This document shows positions 27,572-40,820 of a DNA stretch of 64,000 bases, piece after piece. A model generated the notes under the pieces. The model saw only the letters and a program-made list of their open reading frames with translations. It made no database searches and was not told the DNA's origin. The stretch is from Camelus ferus. Lineage: Eukaryota. The stretch is taken from NCBI RefSeq assembly GCF_009834535.1, contig NC_045696.1:83888001-83952000 (forward strand), read 5' to 3'. Position numbers and translations under genes: made by a program. The stretch's first letter is position 1; the number at the start of each line of letters is the position of its first letter.

Positions 27572-28759
27572 TAATGGCTGCACCAAGCTACATTCCCGCC
27601 CACAGTGTAGGAGGGTTCCCTTTTCTCCACACCCACTCCAGCATTTATCATTTGTGGACTTTTTAATGATGGCCATTCTGACTGGTGTGAGGTGATACCT
27701 CACTACTTTTGATTTGCATTTCTCTGATAATTAGTGATATTGAGCATTTTTCATGTGTTTATTGGCCATTTGTATGTCTTCATTGGAGAAATGTTTGTTT
27801 AGGTCTTCTGCCCATTTTTGGATTGGGTTGTTTGTTTTTTTGTTGAGTTGTATGAGCTGTTGATATATTCTGAAAATTAAGCCCCTGTCAGTTGCATCAC
27901 TTGCAAATATTTTCTTCCATTCTGTATGTTGTCTTTTCATTTTATTTATGGTGTCCTTTGCTGTGCAAAAAGCTTTTAAGGTTAATTAGGTCCCATTTGT
28001 TTATTTTTGCTTTTATTTCTATTGCCTTGGTAGATTTCCCTAGGAGAGCATTACTACAATTTATATCAGAGACTGTTTTACTTATGTTCCCTTCAAGGAG
28101 GTTTATGGTGTCTTGTTTTATGTTTAAGGCTTTAAGCCACTTTGAGTTTATTTTTGTGTATGGTGTGAGGGAGTGTTCTAGTTTCACTGATTTACATGCA
28201 GCTGTGCAACTTTCCTGACATCACTTGTTGAAGAGACTGTCTTTTCTCCATTGTATATTCTTGCCTCCTTTGTCAAAGATTGATTGACAGTAGGTGTGTA
28301 AGTATATTTCTGGGCTCTTTATTCCTTTCCATTGATCCATAGATCTGTTTTTGTGCCAATACCATGCTGTTTTGATTACTGTAGCTCTGTACTGTTGTCT
28401 GAAGTCTGAGTGGGTTATTCCTCCAGCCTCATTCTTTTTCTTCACAATTGCTTTGGCAATTCTGGGTCTCGGTGATTCCATATAAATTTTAGCATTATTT
28501 GTTCTAGTTCTGTGAAAAATATCCTGGGTAATTTGTAGTTCAGTGCAGCCATCATGGAAAACTATATGGAGATTCTTAAAAAAACCGAAAATAGACTTAC
28601 CCTCTGATCCAGCAATTCCACTCCTGGGCATATATCCAGAGGAAACTCTAATTTAAAAAGATACATTCACCTCAGTGTTCATAGCAGCAGTGTTTACAAT
28701 AGCCAAGACATGGAAGCAAACTAAATGTCCATTGACAGATGATAGGTAAAGATGTTGTG

Positions 28760-28817
<58 letters not shown>

Positions 28818-29268
28818 GAATACTAATCAGCTATAAAAAAGAATAAAATATGCCATTTGCAGTGACATGGATGGACCTAGAGATCATCATACTAAGTGAA
28901 GTAAGCTAGAAAGAGAAAGAAAAATACCATATGATACCATATGTGGAATCTAAAAAAAAAAAAAAAAAAAGACACAATTGAACTTATTTACAAAACAGAG
29001 ACAGACTCACAGATATAGAAAACAAACTTATGGTTACCAGCAGGGAAGGGGGTAGGGAGGGATAAATTGGATAAATTGGGAACTGGGGATCTGTAGATAC
29101 TAACTACTATATTATAAAATAAAACAACAAAGCACAGGGAACTATATTCAATACCATACAGTGGCCTATAATGGAAAATATGAAAAGGAATATATGTATG
29201 TATAAAAGAATGACTATGCTATACACCAGAAATCAACACAACATTGTAAATCAATTAGACTTCAATTT
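27572..29268 (+). mobile_element. 5'-inverted (twin-primed) L1: 27572-~28534 antisense ORF2 segment, ~28535-29268 sense 3' end
   Basis: Minus ORFs [21 protein letters not shown] and [11 protein letters not shown]; perfect TSD aaaaagatttactttttca at 27553-27571 and 29269-29287. Confidence 0.92.
28761..28812. repeat. (TA)n microsatellite within L1
   Basis: Uninterrupted TA run of ~52 bp. Confidence 0.97.
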
Positions 29269-30104
29269 AAAAAGATTTACTTTTTCAACAGAAAGGGAAA
29301 TATTGAAGAAATTATAAACAAAATCAAACAATAGGAAAAACTTGGTACTATCAAGTACTCAACTTTTAAATATTCCACAAACATGCTAATAATAAGGCAG
29401 AATCCATTTTCATTTAAAGGACATCTAAATTGTATTGAAATATTTTAAGGTAAACATTCTGAATAGTAAAGCTTAATCTATGTCAGCTAATAAAAGTTGC
29501 ATTTTGTACTTTATAAAATCCACATGCTTCTCTAATGAGGTTTATTCTTCCTTATAAGTGACTTGTTTAGTTGACTAATGACTACACAGATATAGTAGTA
29601 TGTATAGGTGCTTAAGAAGTAGTGATAAAGTAAAAAAGAATATCACAAACTCAGAATATCAATACTGAATCAACATTAGTTACCCCAGTCTGTGTGCCTT
29701 ATAAATAAAAACAAGAACACTGTTCTACAATAACCTCAGCTTTATGAATAAACTATGAGTCTTCTGAAAATATAAGCGGCAAAAGATTCAGTGTTAAGTA
29801 TTGTGTCCTTGAGTTGGGTACTCAGAAATTCTTTTGTGAGCATTGCCTATAAATGTCTCTATATTTTTAAAGACTATATTTCAAGTGTTCTAATATGCAG
29901 AGAAAGTCTGTATCTTTCCATAGTGTAGACTAGGGGGGAAAAAGCTTTAGAGTAAAACCATTTTTTTTCTTTTTGTATAAGTTCATTGCACTTTTAATAT
30001 AGACTACAGCCCTATCTCCTGAATCTCTCCAAGTGGTATGAAAATTATACAGCTTTTCTTTTTCCATATATAAAAATATCAAACATGTAAACCTGTGTTA
30101 AGTG

Positions 30105-30272
30105 GAGTTTTGCTGCCAACTTACATACATGGGCCGACAGCGATGGCATCACCTGAGAACTTGTTGGAAAAGTAGAATCTCAGATCCAACGCCAGATCTA
30201 AATGAGGATCTGCAATATTTGAAAAATAAGATCCTCAGGTGACTCCATTACACATAAATATGAGAAGCACTG
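30105..30272. mobile_element. MER5-family relic (a second fragment at ~30370-30510)
   Basis: gcatcacctgagaacttgtt...aagatcctcaggtgactc...tgagaagcactg. Confidence 0.7.
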
Positions 30273-30522
30273 ATTTAGGATACTTCATTGATTGATCTAA
30301 TTTTCTATAAATTAACCATATGTAAACAACTAGTATACAAGTAAGTGTTCCACATGTATCCTGTATTTAGCAATATTCAAGATTTAGTGTGAATTAAAAT
30401 CACCAAGGGAACTTGTTTTAAAATGCAAATGTTCAAGTTTTTCCTCAGAGTTTAGAATTCAATATGGCTAGGGTCAGGCCTCGTTGCTCCAAACCACAAC
30501 TCTCCTGAAGAGAATTAAAGTT

Positions 30523-30525
<3 letters not shown>

Positions 30526-30570
<45 letters not shown>
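30526..30570. repeat. (CAT)15 microsatellite
   Basis: Perfect trinucleotide run. Confidence 0.97.
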
Positions 30571-31599
30571 AGCAAAATATCTAACACACAAGATAGGCAC
30601 ATACAAAGGTTTCTGTTACATTTTGAAATGTTTCAAACTTCTTCTGAAATCATTATCATAGAATCCAGAATCTGGCATTAATGGACCTGGCTGCATTTAT
30701 GGAACATGATGAATCCATTCTTTCCCCCCTGCCCCCTTCCTCCTAAAGGAATACCATTATTTCAGCCACAGGATAACAAAATAATTTTACTGGAGAACTT
30801 AAGAAGTTGACACTGTTCCCATTGGAATCAACTACATCTCATACTAGAAAATAAGAGCAAAATATTATGCAAAGTATCTATTATAACTCTCAGGAGGTCT
30901 CAAACACAAATGCATCCCAGAGCCATCAGCTAACCAATGGGAGAAACAAGGAATGTGATATTCCACTTACAGACACTCAAGTTCAAAACCTTCTACATAG
31001 AACAAAAAAGAACATCCCTGTGGGCAGCTTTCAGCCCATGACCTGCTGGTTTCCAGTATCTGTGCTAGCACAGTTTCTCTAGTTAACTCTCCAGTGACAT
31101 ACCAGAGGGCATATTTTTATTATTAATTTGCTCATATGGATTATTTTGGGACTTTGGGGAACTATGTTGTAGTTCCAGTCTTACTGGTAGCAGCAAAACA
31201 TGGTGATATACCAGGCTTGTGATCTCCATCACCCATCTGAAGCCAAGTGGGTTTTTAAAGACATAATAAATAAACTATTGCTATAATCTATGGGTTTGCA
31301 TCACCCTATTTTTTTTCCTAACTAGTTTTGTCATGCAGCCACACAGAAGATGTTCAGTTTGCATGTTTTTATATTACACTATACACCGTCTTCAGAGAAA
31401 CAGTAATTAAAATTTTTGTGGAGTGCTTGTCTTCACCTCCCTCTTGCTTGTTATGTATAAGTGTGCAATGCTAATTTACTTTGGTGCTTGGATTCTGCAT
31501 GATTATGAAAGACTTAAGATGTCCAGAAACATCACTGTTTCCAAGTTTCAACCAGAAGTACCTTTATACTACTAGTTCTGAAATGAAAAACAGAACTGT

Positions 31600-31862
31600 T
31601 CACATGTTCACTAGGTACGTTTATTTTAAATACTAGCACAACAAACACAAAGACATGACAGGACCATTACTGCAATAATACTGGTAACATTCCTTGCCAA
31701 GTTGGCTTATAATTTACATACATTGTTTTTATTGGGATCTATTTTAAATATTTTAAATATCATCTTAAGATATATTATTGTAAAACACCAATCTCAAATA
31801 TATACCAGTTGCAAACATAATGTGCTTAGTTACTATTTTCCTTGTTATTCAATTAAAACGAT
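31600..31862 (-). other. SERPINI1: SERPINI1 3' UTR (distal end approximate)
   Basis: AU-rich sequence after the stop; AATAAA at 31728-31733 and 31620-31625; U/GU-rich tract downstream of the distal signal. Confidence 0.75.
31620..31625 (-). terminator. Distal polyadenylation signal AATAAA
   Basis: tttatt on + strand ~240 nt after the stop, followed on the sense strand by gttctgtttttcatttc. Confidence 0.7.
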
Positions 31863-32009
<147 letters not shown>

Positions 32010-32101
32010 CTAAAGATAAAAATGTGAATAAATTATTTTCATTTAAAAAATCATTTGAACACAAGAGATTATCTGATATATAAGGCAGGAAAATGTTTTC
32101 A

Positions 32102-32266
<165 letters not shown>

Positions 32267-33645
32267 CTACGTGTCTGTGGATGTGCAGGGACTAATGAGT
32301 AATTTCTCCAAACCATCTATGTTAATGCAAAGGTAACGATTTATACAAAACAAGATTTTAAAGGAGAGAAAGAGAGAGAGAAACTGTAAAGGTGTTAACA
32401 TTTCTACTTGATCTTTAAAAAAGAAACAAATACACACTCACCAAGTTTCCTCCCACCATCCCACCAAAATTATACGGCAGTTTATTCTGCCTGTTAACAA
32501 ATTTTTATTCTCTGTCTCAGGTAAATACTTATTGCTTTCCTAAAATGACCTTTGAGTTAAGGGAAGGGGGAAAAAAGAACCAAAAAGCACCCCAAACCAA
32601 AAACAAATACAGTTTCTTTATATTCTCAAATCATTATTTCTTTTATCTGAAATGGGGGTTTTTATCTAGCAAGTCAACAGGCTTTTAAGTGGCCAGAACG
32701 GCAATGATTAAAGAGAAAATATAGCAGTGAGAGATGCAATGGTGTTTCCTACAGCTGGGAAACTGAATTCCCCTGAGATCCCTTTTGTGGGATAATCATT
32801 TTATCCTCGCTGCAGGGTGGTTTGTTGCCAGGGAAAGACCGAGATTAAATTACGTAGGATTTTAAGCTTTCTCGATGCCTGAGACGACTATCTATCTCCT
32901 CCTGAAAACACCATTGTAGCTGATGAGATCCTTTTAATGGACAAATGTATGCAGAAGTTAAAAATAATGTGTGCAAATATGATACGTTACATTTTACCAG
33001 AGAAAGGAAAAATCCTGCTAAATTTTGATGATGGCTGTTGAACATGATATTGAAACAAATCCAAACAAATAAATGAAGAAAAATGTCAACAGAAAAATCC
33101 TTCTCACTTAACTAAGGAAGTCAGAACATTCAAAATAATCAAAGACATTTACCATTTTGCTTTGGACTCACAATTTAAGTCAAAATTTTTAAATTCTTTA
33201 TTTAAAATTATTATTTTATTCCTAACTTAAAATTATTGCATGCTATCAAACACTCTTGTTTGTGCATATACTTTTAAAAAATTGAAGCTCTTCACTGCCA
33301 AAATTAAGAACTGACTTCCACAAATAATTAGGTAGAAAGAAAAATGTTTAACTGGGCAGCAGGGAAATCTTTAACATATTTAAACAGGCAGCACAGCAGG
33401 AAAATCTACTCTGTAGAACTGACAGTCCCCTCCCGCCTCTCATTAGAGATGGAAGTTACTCGGTATGGGGCCCTGGGGTGCGTGCACGCCTCAGATCCTA
33501 TTTGGAACATTCTAGCTGCTTCATCATTAACTTGACTTCTAAGAGCAGGAGTTTTTGGCTGGGTTCTAAAAATGACTCCCATCCCCCACTCAAGATTGCT
33601 TTTAAAATGCAAATCTAGAAAAAGTGAGATCTTAGAAAACAATCA

Positions 33646-33816
<171 letters not shown>

Positions 33817-34437
33817 TTAAACAGATTTGCGAAATGTAAGTGACATAAGATACTGATACAAAACACAAGAGATAATGCTGCAAAATTACATTTATGATTT
33901 GAGAGAACCATTAAAGATGTCTTTTCTGTTTTGTCCTTATTTTATATTCCCTTGTTAATTTTTCCCCTTCATTTTTTATTGGTAATTTTCCCATTATTTA
34001 TTCCTTACATTGCCAGAAAAAGCAGAAACGTGGCTCTGTTTTTAACAGCAAGTTCAAATTAGTTCATAATTCAAAATAAAGACATTTTACATATTGCTCT
34101 CTAGTTTGAAATTTTAAAACGCAAGATGATTTTAAAACACAAAATATCTTGTAGATATCCAGATATAATCAGAATAAGAAATTTTTTTTAAAAAATCTAA
34201 ACTCCAATTACTGTGATAATATAAATATCCTTGGCAAAGAAAAACAAAATTGTCTTCTAGGTTGTAGAAAGGTAAATATATAAAAAAGTTACTTCCCACT
34301 CCATTTGATTGGTTTATCTGAGGATTCAAAAATGTGCTTTATCCCAAGGTTGGATGAAATACACATTTTTAGTATTAGGAAGACCGTTTTTCCCTTTGAA
34401 TTGTCTTTCTGTTTATGCTTACTTTTAAATTAATGGC

Positions 34438-34621
34438 TGTTATGGGCTGAATTTGTTCTCTAAAATTCGTAAGCTCTAGCCCCCCACGACTTCAGAATGT
34501 GACTGTATTTGGGAGTCTTAAATTAAAATGAGGTCGTTAGGGTAGGCCCTAATCCAGTGTAACTGGTCTCCTTATAAGATATGGAGATTTAGACACAGAT
34601 AGGCACAGAGGGAAGGCCATG
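34438..34621 (+). mobile_element. MLT1 (MaLR) LTR, left part
   Basis: tgttatgggctgaat...cagaatgtgactgtatttgg...aaatgaggtcgttagggtaggccctaatcc matches remembered MLT1 consensus; resumes at 41832. Confidence 0.85.
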
Positions 34622-35057
34622 CATGGTAGTTAAATTTTGTGTCAGCTTGGCTTGGCCGTGGTGCTCAGATATGTGGTCAAACATCATTCTAGATGTTTCT
34701 GCAAATATTTTTGGGGATGAGATTAACATTAAAATTGGTGGGCTTTAATTAAACCAGATTACCCTCATGATGTGGGTGGGCCTCATCCAATCAGCTGAAG
34801 ACTTTAATAGAACAAAGATTGACCTCCTTCAAGCAAGAAGGAATTCTGCCAGCTGATAGCCTTAGGACTCATGCCTGAGTCTCTGGCCTACTGGCCTACC
34901 TTGCAGACTTTACATTTCCAAAGCCTACACAATTGTGCAAGCCAATTCTTTAAAATAAATCTCTTAACCCCTCTCTCTCTCTCCTTCTCTGTCTCTCTAT
35001 ACACACACACACACATATATATACATACATACACACACACAAATGCATATATCCATC
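34622..35057 (+). mobile_element. MLT2 (ERVL) LTR, left part
   Basis: gttaaattttgtgtcagcttg...gtgggcctcatccaatcagctgaag...gccaattctttaaaataaatctc then microsatellite; resumes at 41752. Confidence 0.85.
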
Positions 35058-35417
35058 TGTTAGGTAGTTTAGATAGAAATAAGCACTGGGCAGGGGGAGA
35101 GGAAGGGGAAAGGAACGATCCAGAACACAAGGAACCTGAGCTGTCAGTCAACCAGAACGCAGGGAACCTGAGTTGTCAGTCAATCAATCAATCAATCATG
35201 AAGCCAGGATATAAAAACAGGAAAAATGAGGGAACGGTGCCATTTTTCCTCTCTTGGATTGGCTCATTCCCAATTCCTGGGAGTGTACTATCTTTTACTT
35301 TTTTTTACTTCATTAATAAAAATCTTGCTTATATCACGCTTTCTGTTTCTTGTCAAAAATATTTTTTTCGTGTGACTAAGAACCGAGGTAATTCTTATTT
35401 CCCTTTTCCTGGTAACA
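35058..35417 (+). repeat. 5' LTR (360 bp)
   Basis: Direct repeat of 41409-41751; TATAAA 35210-35215; AATAAA 35315-35320. Confidence 0.95.
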
Positions 35418-35424
35418 TTAATTT

Positions 35425-35442
35425 TGGTGCTGTGACTCGGAT
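35425..35442 (+). promoter_or_regulatory. Primer binding site complementary to tRNA-His
   Basis: TGGTGCTGTGACTCGGAT, one CpG-type transition from the His PBS TGGTGCCGTGACTCGGAT; 7 nt after the LTR end. Confidence 0.9.
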
Positions 35443-35854
35443 GGCATGCTTAAACTTAATCTTTCCAATCCTTCATTTCCCTCTCCCTCCCTGAAGCCAA
35501 CCAGCGGAGCACAAGCTCCTGGGGCCAGTTGTGGCAGCTGAACTGAGAACACAAGGCGTGGTGGGGTGACCAGCCACTGGCTAAACTAAAGGAGATCATT
35601 CCAATCAGACCACGGAGACACCCAGCACCCAGTGAGACTGTGGCCGTTTCCCCCTTTCTGGAGTGGAGGCTGAGACATCACCTTCCATCCCCGAATCAGG
35701 ACCCTAGGATGCCAGGCATTGCTGATCCATGGCTACACTCGAGGATGAATTTGGTTGTGGACAGAGGCTGAGACATCAGCCTAGTCCGTGGGCTTTTCAC
35801 CTTAGGATGCTAAGCTCTGAAACCCTCCCCCTGTATCCTACCCTTGTTTTTCAG

Positions 35855-37303
35855 ATGGGAAACCAAGAGTCTATCCCTGCTGGGACTCCTTTAGGCTGCA
35901 TATTGGACAACTGGGACCATTTTATTCTACAAACCTTTAAAAGAAAAACACTTATATTCCTTTGTAATGTTGCCTGGCCACAATATCGACTTCCCTGTGA
36001 GGAAGCATGGCCTATAAACGGGAACATAAAGTCAACCATCTTGTTCCAGCTTGATCGCTTCTGTAAGAGACAAGGCAAATGGTCTGAAATACCATACATC
36101 CTCTGGGAGATCATTGCTGTCCCTCAGTAAGTAAAAGATATGAATGTAAGTTAACCACTCAGGTAACAGTTTCATCTAATAACCTACTGTCCCTGACACC
36201 CCCTAGAGAGGGGGACTCTCCTAAACTGACGCCCTGCCCTGCTCTCCCTACCACATACCCCTCATTTCCCTCATACTCAGGAAAGATACTGCCTTCAGCT
36301 CCTCCATTACCTTTGACCTGCCCTCTGGTAGAAACAGGTGGAGAATTTGGTCCTCAATTCACACATAAGCCGTTCTCTCTGGTAGAACTGAGACAAATTA
36401 AGACTGATCTGGGAAGCTATTCAGATAACCCAGATAAAAACATAGAGGCATTTCAACACCTCACTCTGGCATACGATCTCATCTGGAAAGATGTTTATAT
36501 TATCCTTGCCAAACCCCATCTGACGTAGAAAGGGAAAGGGTTCTTAGAGAAGCCAGAAAATATGCAGACAGCCTACATCTGTCTAACAACAAGTACCCCA
36601 CAGGGGAAACAGCTGTTCCCCCAGTGGACCCCAGATGGGATTATAATGACCTTAACCAAAAATGGGAAAGAGACCATTTTTTAATCTATGTTAAGGCAGG
36701 ACTCCGGGCAGCCTGACAGAAAGTTATCAGTTATTCTAAGGTGTTAGCTGTTAGTCAGGAGCCCAGAGAAAAACACACTGCCTTTTTGGAGCAGCTCCAG
36801 GAGGCACTTACTAAGTATACTAACTCAGACCTCAGCTCATATGAGGGACACATTATCCTAAAGGATGAATTTCTCACTCAGTCTGCCCCTGATATTAGAT
36901 GAAAACTCCAAAAGGTGATCCAGGAACCTGGAGAAACTCTTGATGAAGTGTTAACCATTGCTGCCACAGTTTTTTATAATCGAAATCAGGGGCAAGAGGA
37001 CAGGGCTCAGGAGCAGGAAAGAAGGGAGGAGGCTATGACTGCCCGGATGATAGCGGCCCTTCAAGGGCAGCCACCGTCCTTACATACCCGGCCCCCAACA
37101 GTGCAAGTAAGTCCAACGACAAATGCAGCATCTGCCGCCGACCTGGTCACCGGGCCAAAGAATGTCCCTACAGGGACAAACCTCCAAGACCTGCCTGCTT
37201 TCAGTGTAGCCAACATGGTCATTGGGCGGCCCTCTGTCTTTCGAGCCAAATGGCTTGCGGGGGAAAACCAGCCCAAGGCCTGCAGATGGTTGTCCAGGAC
37301 TGA
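35855..37303 (+). pseudogene. gag: ERV gag (MA, CA, NC), disrupted
   Basis: MGNQESIPAGTPLGCILDNW...AWPQY...GKWSEIPY matrix; PFSLVELRQIKTDLGSYSDNPD capsid; CCHC knuckles CSICRRPGHRAKEC (37124-37165) and CFQCSQHGHWAALC (37196-37237); ends VQD-TGA at 37301-37303. Confidence 0.93.
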
Positions 37304-40300
37304 AGAAGCCTCCTCCAGTGTCCCCAATGCAAGAGATCTCCATCACTGGGCTGGAGCCGTGGGTACGAGTGGATGTGGCAGGTAGGACGGTAAATTTTCT
37401 TTTGGATACTGGGGCCACCTACTCTGTCCTAACTTCTTTCTCTGGACCCTTTTCCTCTAGATCCTGTACTGTCATGGGAGTCACAGGTAAAGTGACCTTA
37501 AGATTCCTTACTCACCCCCTTTGTTGTTTATGGGACAAATGCTCATTCGCATATTCTTTCTTATGCATGCCAGAATGTCCTAGCCCCCTTTTGGGATGAA
37601 ATCTTCTTTACAAACTGGGAACCCGAGTTACCCTGGGAGAAAATCCCCAAACTTCCACCTCTGTACAACTCTTGCTGCTCCCTGGGGAAGGAGAGAGACC
37701 TCCCCACCCAGAGGCCTGGGAGATAAAATTAATCCCGCTGCCTGGGATCAAGGCATCGCAGTGCGGGCAAGGAGGGCTCCTCCGGTTGTCATCTCCCTTA
37801 AAGATCCTACCTGGTTCCCTAATTGAAAACAGTATCCTTTAAAACCTGAGGCAAGGAAGGGCCTTCAGCCAACAACTTCTAAGTTCTTACAGTGTGGACT
37901 CTTAATTCCTGTTAACTCCCCCTGCAACACATCTATCCTGGTCATTAAAAAAATGGAACCTAGACTGGTCCAGGATTTATGAATCATAAATGAGGCAGCA
38001 GTACCTCTTCATCCAGTGGCTCTGAACCCCTGTGTGTTACTGGGGAACGTCCCTCCAGGAGCACAGTGGTTCATGACCTTAGACCTAAAAGGTGCTTTCT
38101 TCTGTGTACCCCTTAGTCCCCAGTCCCAATATTTATTTGCCTTTCAGTGGGACTCACCCAATGGGTATCAACACCACCAAACCTGGATAGCACTACCACA
38201 GGGGTTTAGAGAGTCCTCACCTCTTTGGGCAAGCTTTGGCCCAGATTTACAGGACTTACAGCTTGAAAAAGGAACTATTCTCCAATATGTAGATGACCTA
38301 CTTATCTGCTCCCTTACTTGAGAACAGGCCATCCAGCATGCAGTCCAAACTCTTAACTTCTTGGCCGAGCGAGGATATAAAGTTTCCAGGTCCAAGGCCA
38401 AAATGGTCAAACAAGAGGTCACTTATCTAGGAGTTGTCTTGACTCCTGGAAACTGTAGCCTTTCCCCTGAATGACTTCAGGGAATCTTACAATTCCCTAA
38501 TCCCACTACTTGAGAACAGCTCAGGGCATTTCTCAGACTAACAGGTTACTGTAGGCTTTGGATCCCTAACTATGGGTGTATAGCCCAACCTCTATGGGAC
38601 AGTTTAAAGGGTAAGGATGACTCAGTACCTCTTCAGTGGGGTCCTTCCCAACAGGAAGCAATGGAAGAATGAAAAAATCTCCTAGTGAGATCCCCAGCCT
38701 TGGGGCTTCCAGATCCCACAAGGCCCCTCCAGTTATATGTTCATGAGAGACCTTGGGGGTCCTCACCCAACGGCTGGGTCCTACCCAGCAGCCTATGGGA
38801 CACCTCTCCAAGTGGCTTCATCCCACTGCTAGAGGCTGGCTTTCCTGTCTAAGAGTGTTGGGAGCCCTTTCCACTCTCCTGGAGGAAGCTTTTAAGCTAT
38901 CTCTGGGGGCCCCTATACAAGCTAACCATCAAGTTTCTGATCTTTTAAAAGGCAAGGGACATTTCTGGCTCTCAGATGCTCGGCTTCTTAAATATCAGGC
39001 ATTATTATTGGAAAACCCAGATGTCCCTGTCTCTGTTTGTGGGACACTCAATCCTGCTACACTATTGCCATCACCAGACGAGTCTCTTCCCTTTCGCCTA
39101 TATCACGAGACCCTGTCCATTTCTCTAGGAGCTAGAACAGATCTCACCGACCAACCCCTGGAAACCCTGATGAGATTTGTTTCACCAGTGGGAGCAGCTT
39201 TATCACAGATGGGAACACATAGAGCTGGATACTCAGTTCTGTCCCTCCATGAGGTTACAGGAAGCTAAGCCACTGCCTACTGGCACCTCAGCACAACTGG
39301 CTGAACTGATCACCTTAAAACGAGCCTTAGAGCTCGTGGAAGGGGAAAGGTCACCATTTATACAGACTCAAAATATGCCTTCCTGGTTTTACATGCTCAT
39401 GCAGCTATTTGGAAGGAAAGGGGACTTCTAACAGCCAAAAATAGTCCCATAAAATATGTGTCCCAAATCCGTGGCCTCCTTGAGGCCCTCCAGCTTCCCT
39501 GACAAGTGGCTGTGGTTCGCTGTAAGGGCCATCACAAAGGGGGTTCAGAAACAGCAAAAGGAAACAGCACAGCTGATGCTGCAGCCACGAGTGCTGCCAT
39601 TCAGGAGCCTCCCTGCAAGGGGCACTGGTTCCTACCCTGCCTTTACCAAGCCCCCATTGTACTCAAGAAGAAGAGATTTGGGGCAAACAGAAAGGATTTT
39701 TACTTGGATCTTCAGGCTGGTTACAGCAGGAAGAAGTTTTACTTTTACCACAGGATCTCCAATGGGGTGTCTCAAAGGCCTTATGTGAAGCTACGCACTT
39801 GGGTAAGGATGCTTTTCCCTTGCTAATCTCAAGGGTGTTTAAAGGAAAGGGACTAAGCCCATAGACGGAGTGATCAACCCTTGCCCTACCTGTGCGGTTA
39901 ACAACCCACAGGGAGCCTTAAAAACCCCAATTAATTCGACCTGCTCAACATAGAGGGTATTATCCAGGAGAGGACTGGCAACTTGGTTTTACTCAGATCC
40001 CCCCATATCAAGGTTACAAATACCTACTGATCTTTGACACATTCCCAGGATGGGTAGGAGCACATCCCATCAGAACTGAAAAGGCATCAGAGGGTAACAA
40101 AACAACGATTACACGAAATAATTCCCAGGTTTGTCTCCCTCTTTCTCTACAAAGTGATAATGGGCCTTCATTTATCTCCTCGATGGTCCAGTCTGTTTCT
40201 AAAGCCTTAGGAATCCATTATAATCTACATTGCTCATGGAGGCCTCTCCTCAGGATAAGTTGAAAAGGACAATCAGTTCCTTAAGGCTGCTCTTAGGAAG

Positions 40301-40820
40301 CTCATCCAAGAAGCCTCTTTTACGAACCAGGGTCACCCGTAGGATGACCCTGGGCCTTAGTCCTTACAAAGCTTTCTATGGAAGGCCATTTATTCAGGCA
40401 GAAATACTGGTAGATAATGAAGTCACCTCTTTAGGGGCATATGCCCAGGCTCTTAATCAATTCCAGAACACCTTGAGAGGATTTGGGTTAAAAACAGGAC
40501 CTCAAGTGACAACAGCATCTCTTTTGTATCCCCCTGGCACTCAGGTGTTGATCAAAGTTTGGAAGGATGGCTCCCCAGCCTCCCAGCTTCAACCTGCATG
40601 GAAGGGGCCTTACCCTGTTCTTCTGTCCTCCCCCACTGCAGGAAAAGTTCCTGGAATTGCCAGCTGGATACATCATACCCAAGTCAAACCTTAGAAATTG
40701 GCCCAAGAAGACCAATCCGTTAAAAACTCGGACTCTGGCACCCAAGATACCTCAAATTCCACGTATTCTTGTGAACCTCTTAGCGATCTGCAACTGCTTT
40801 TCAAGCGACACTCTGGTGAG
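37304..40820 (+). pseudogene. pol: ERV pro-pol (protease, RT, RNase H, integrase), disrupted
   Basis: LLDTGATYSVL (~37400); LPQGF and YVDD (38286-38297); SAQLAELI and YTDSKYAF in RNase H; SDNGPSF and WKGPY...WIHHTQVK in integrase; tail YSCEPLSDLQLLFKR; RNase H FTDGSS reads FTSGSS. Confidence 0.93.

Noticed and set aside
28221..28631. 136-aa ORF as a novel fusion protein
   Set aside because: Reads across the L1 inversion junction; part antisense L1, part ORF2
30484..30681. Poly-histidine protein
   Set aside because: Translation of a (CAT)15 microsatellite from a non-ATG start
1..31500. Second protein-coding gene downstream of SERPINI1
   Set aside because: No ORF or exon chain with recognisable protein similarity found; short exons could have been missed by eye
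34871..35494. 207-aa ORF, the longest in the window
   Set aside because: Runs across MLT2, a microsatellite and the 5' LTR; chance open frame
35855..40820. Functional or co-opted gag/pol
   Set aside because: Many stops and frameshifts; RNase H and first integrase catalytic Asp positions are altered; longest fragments are under 175 aa
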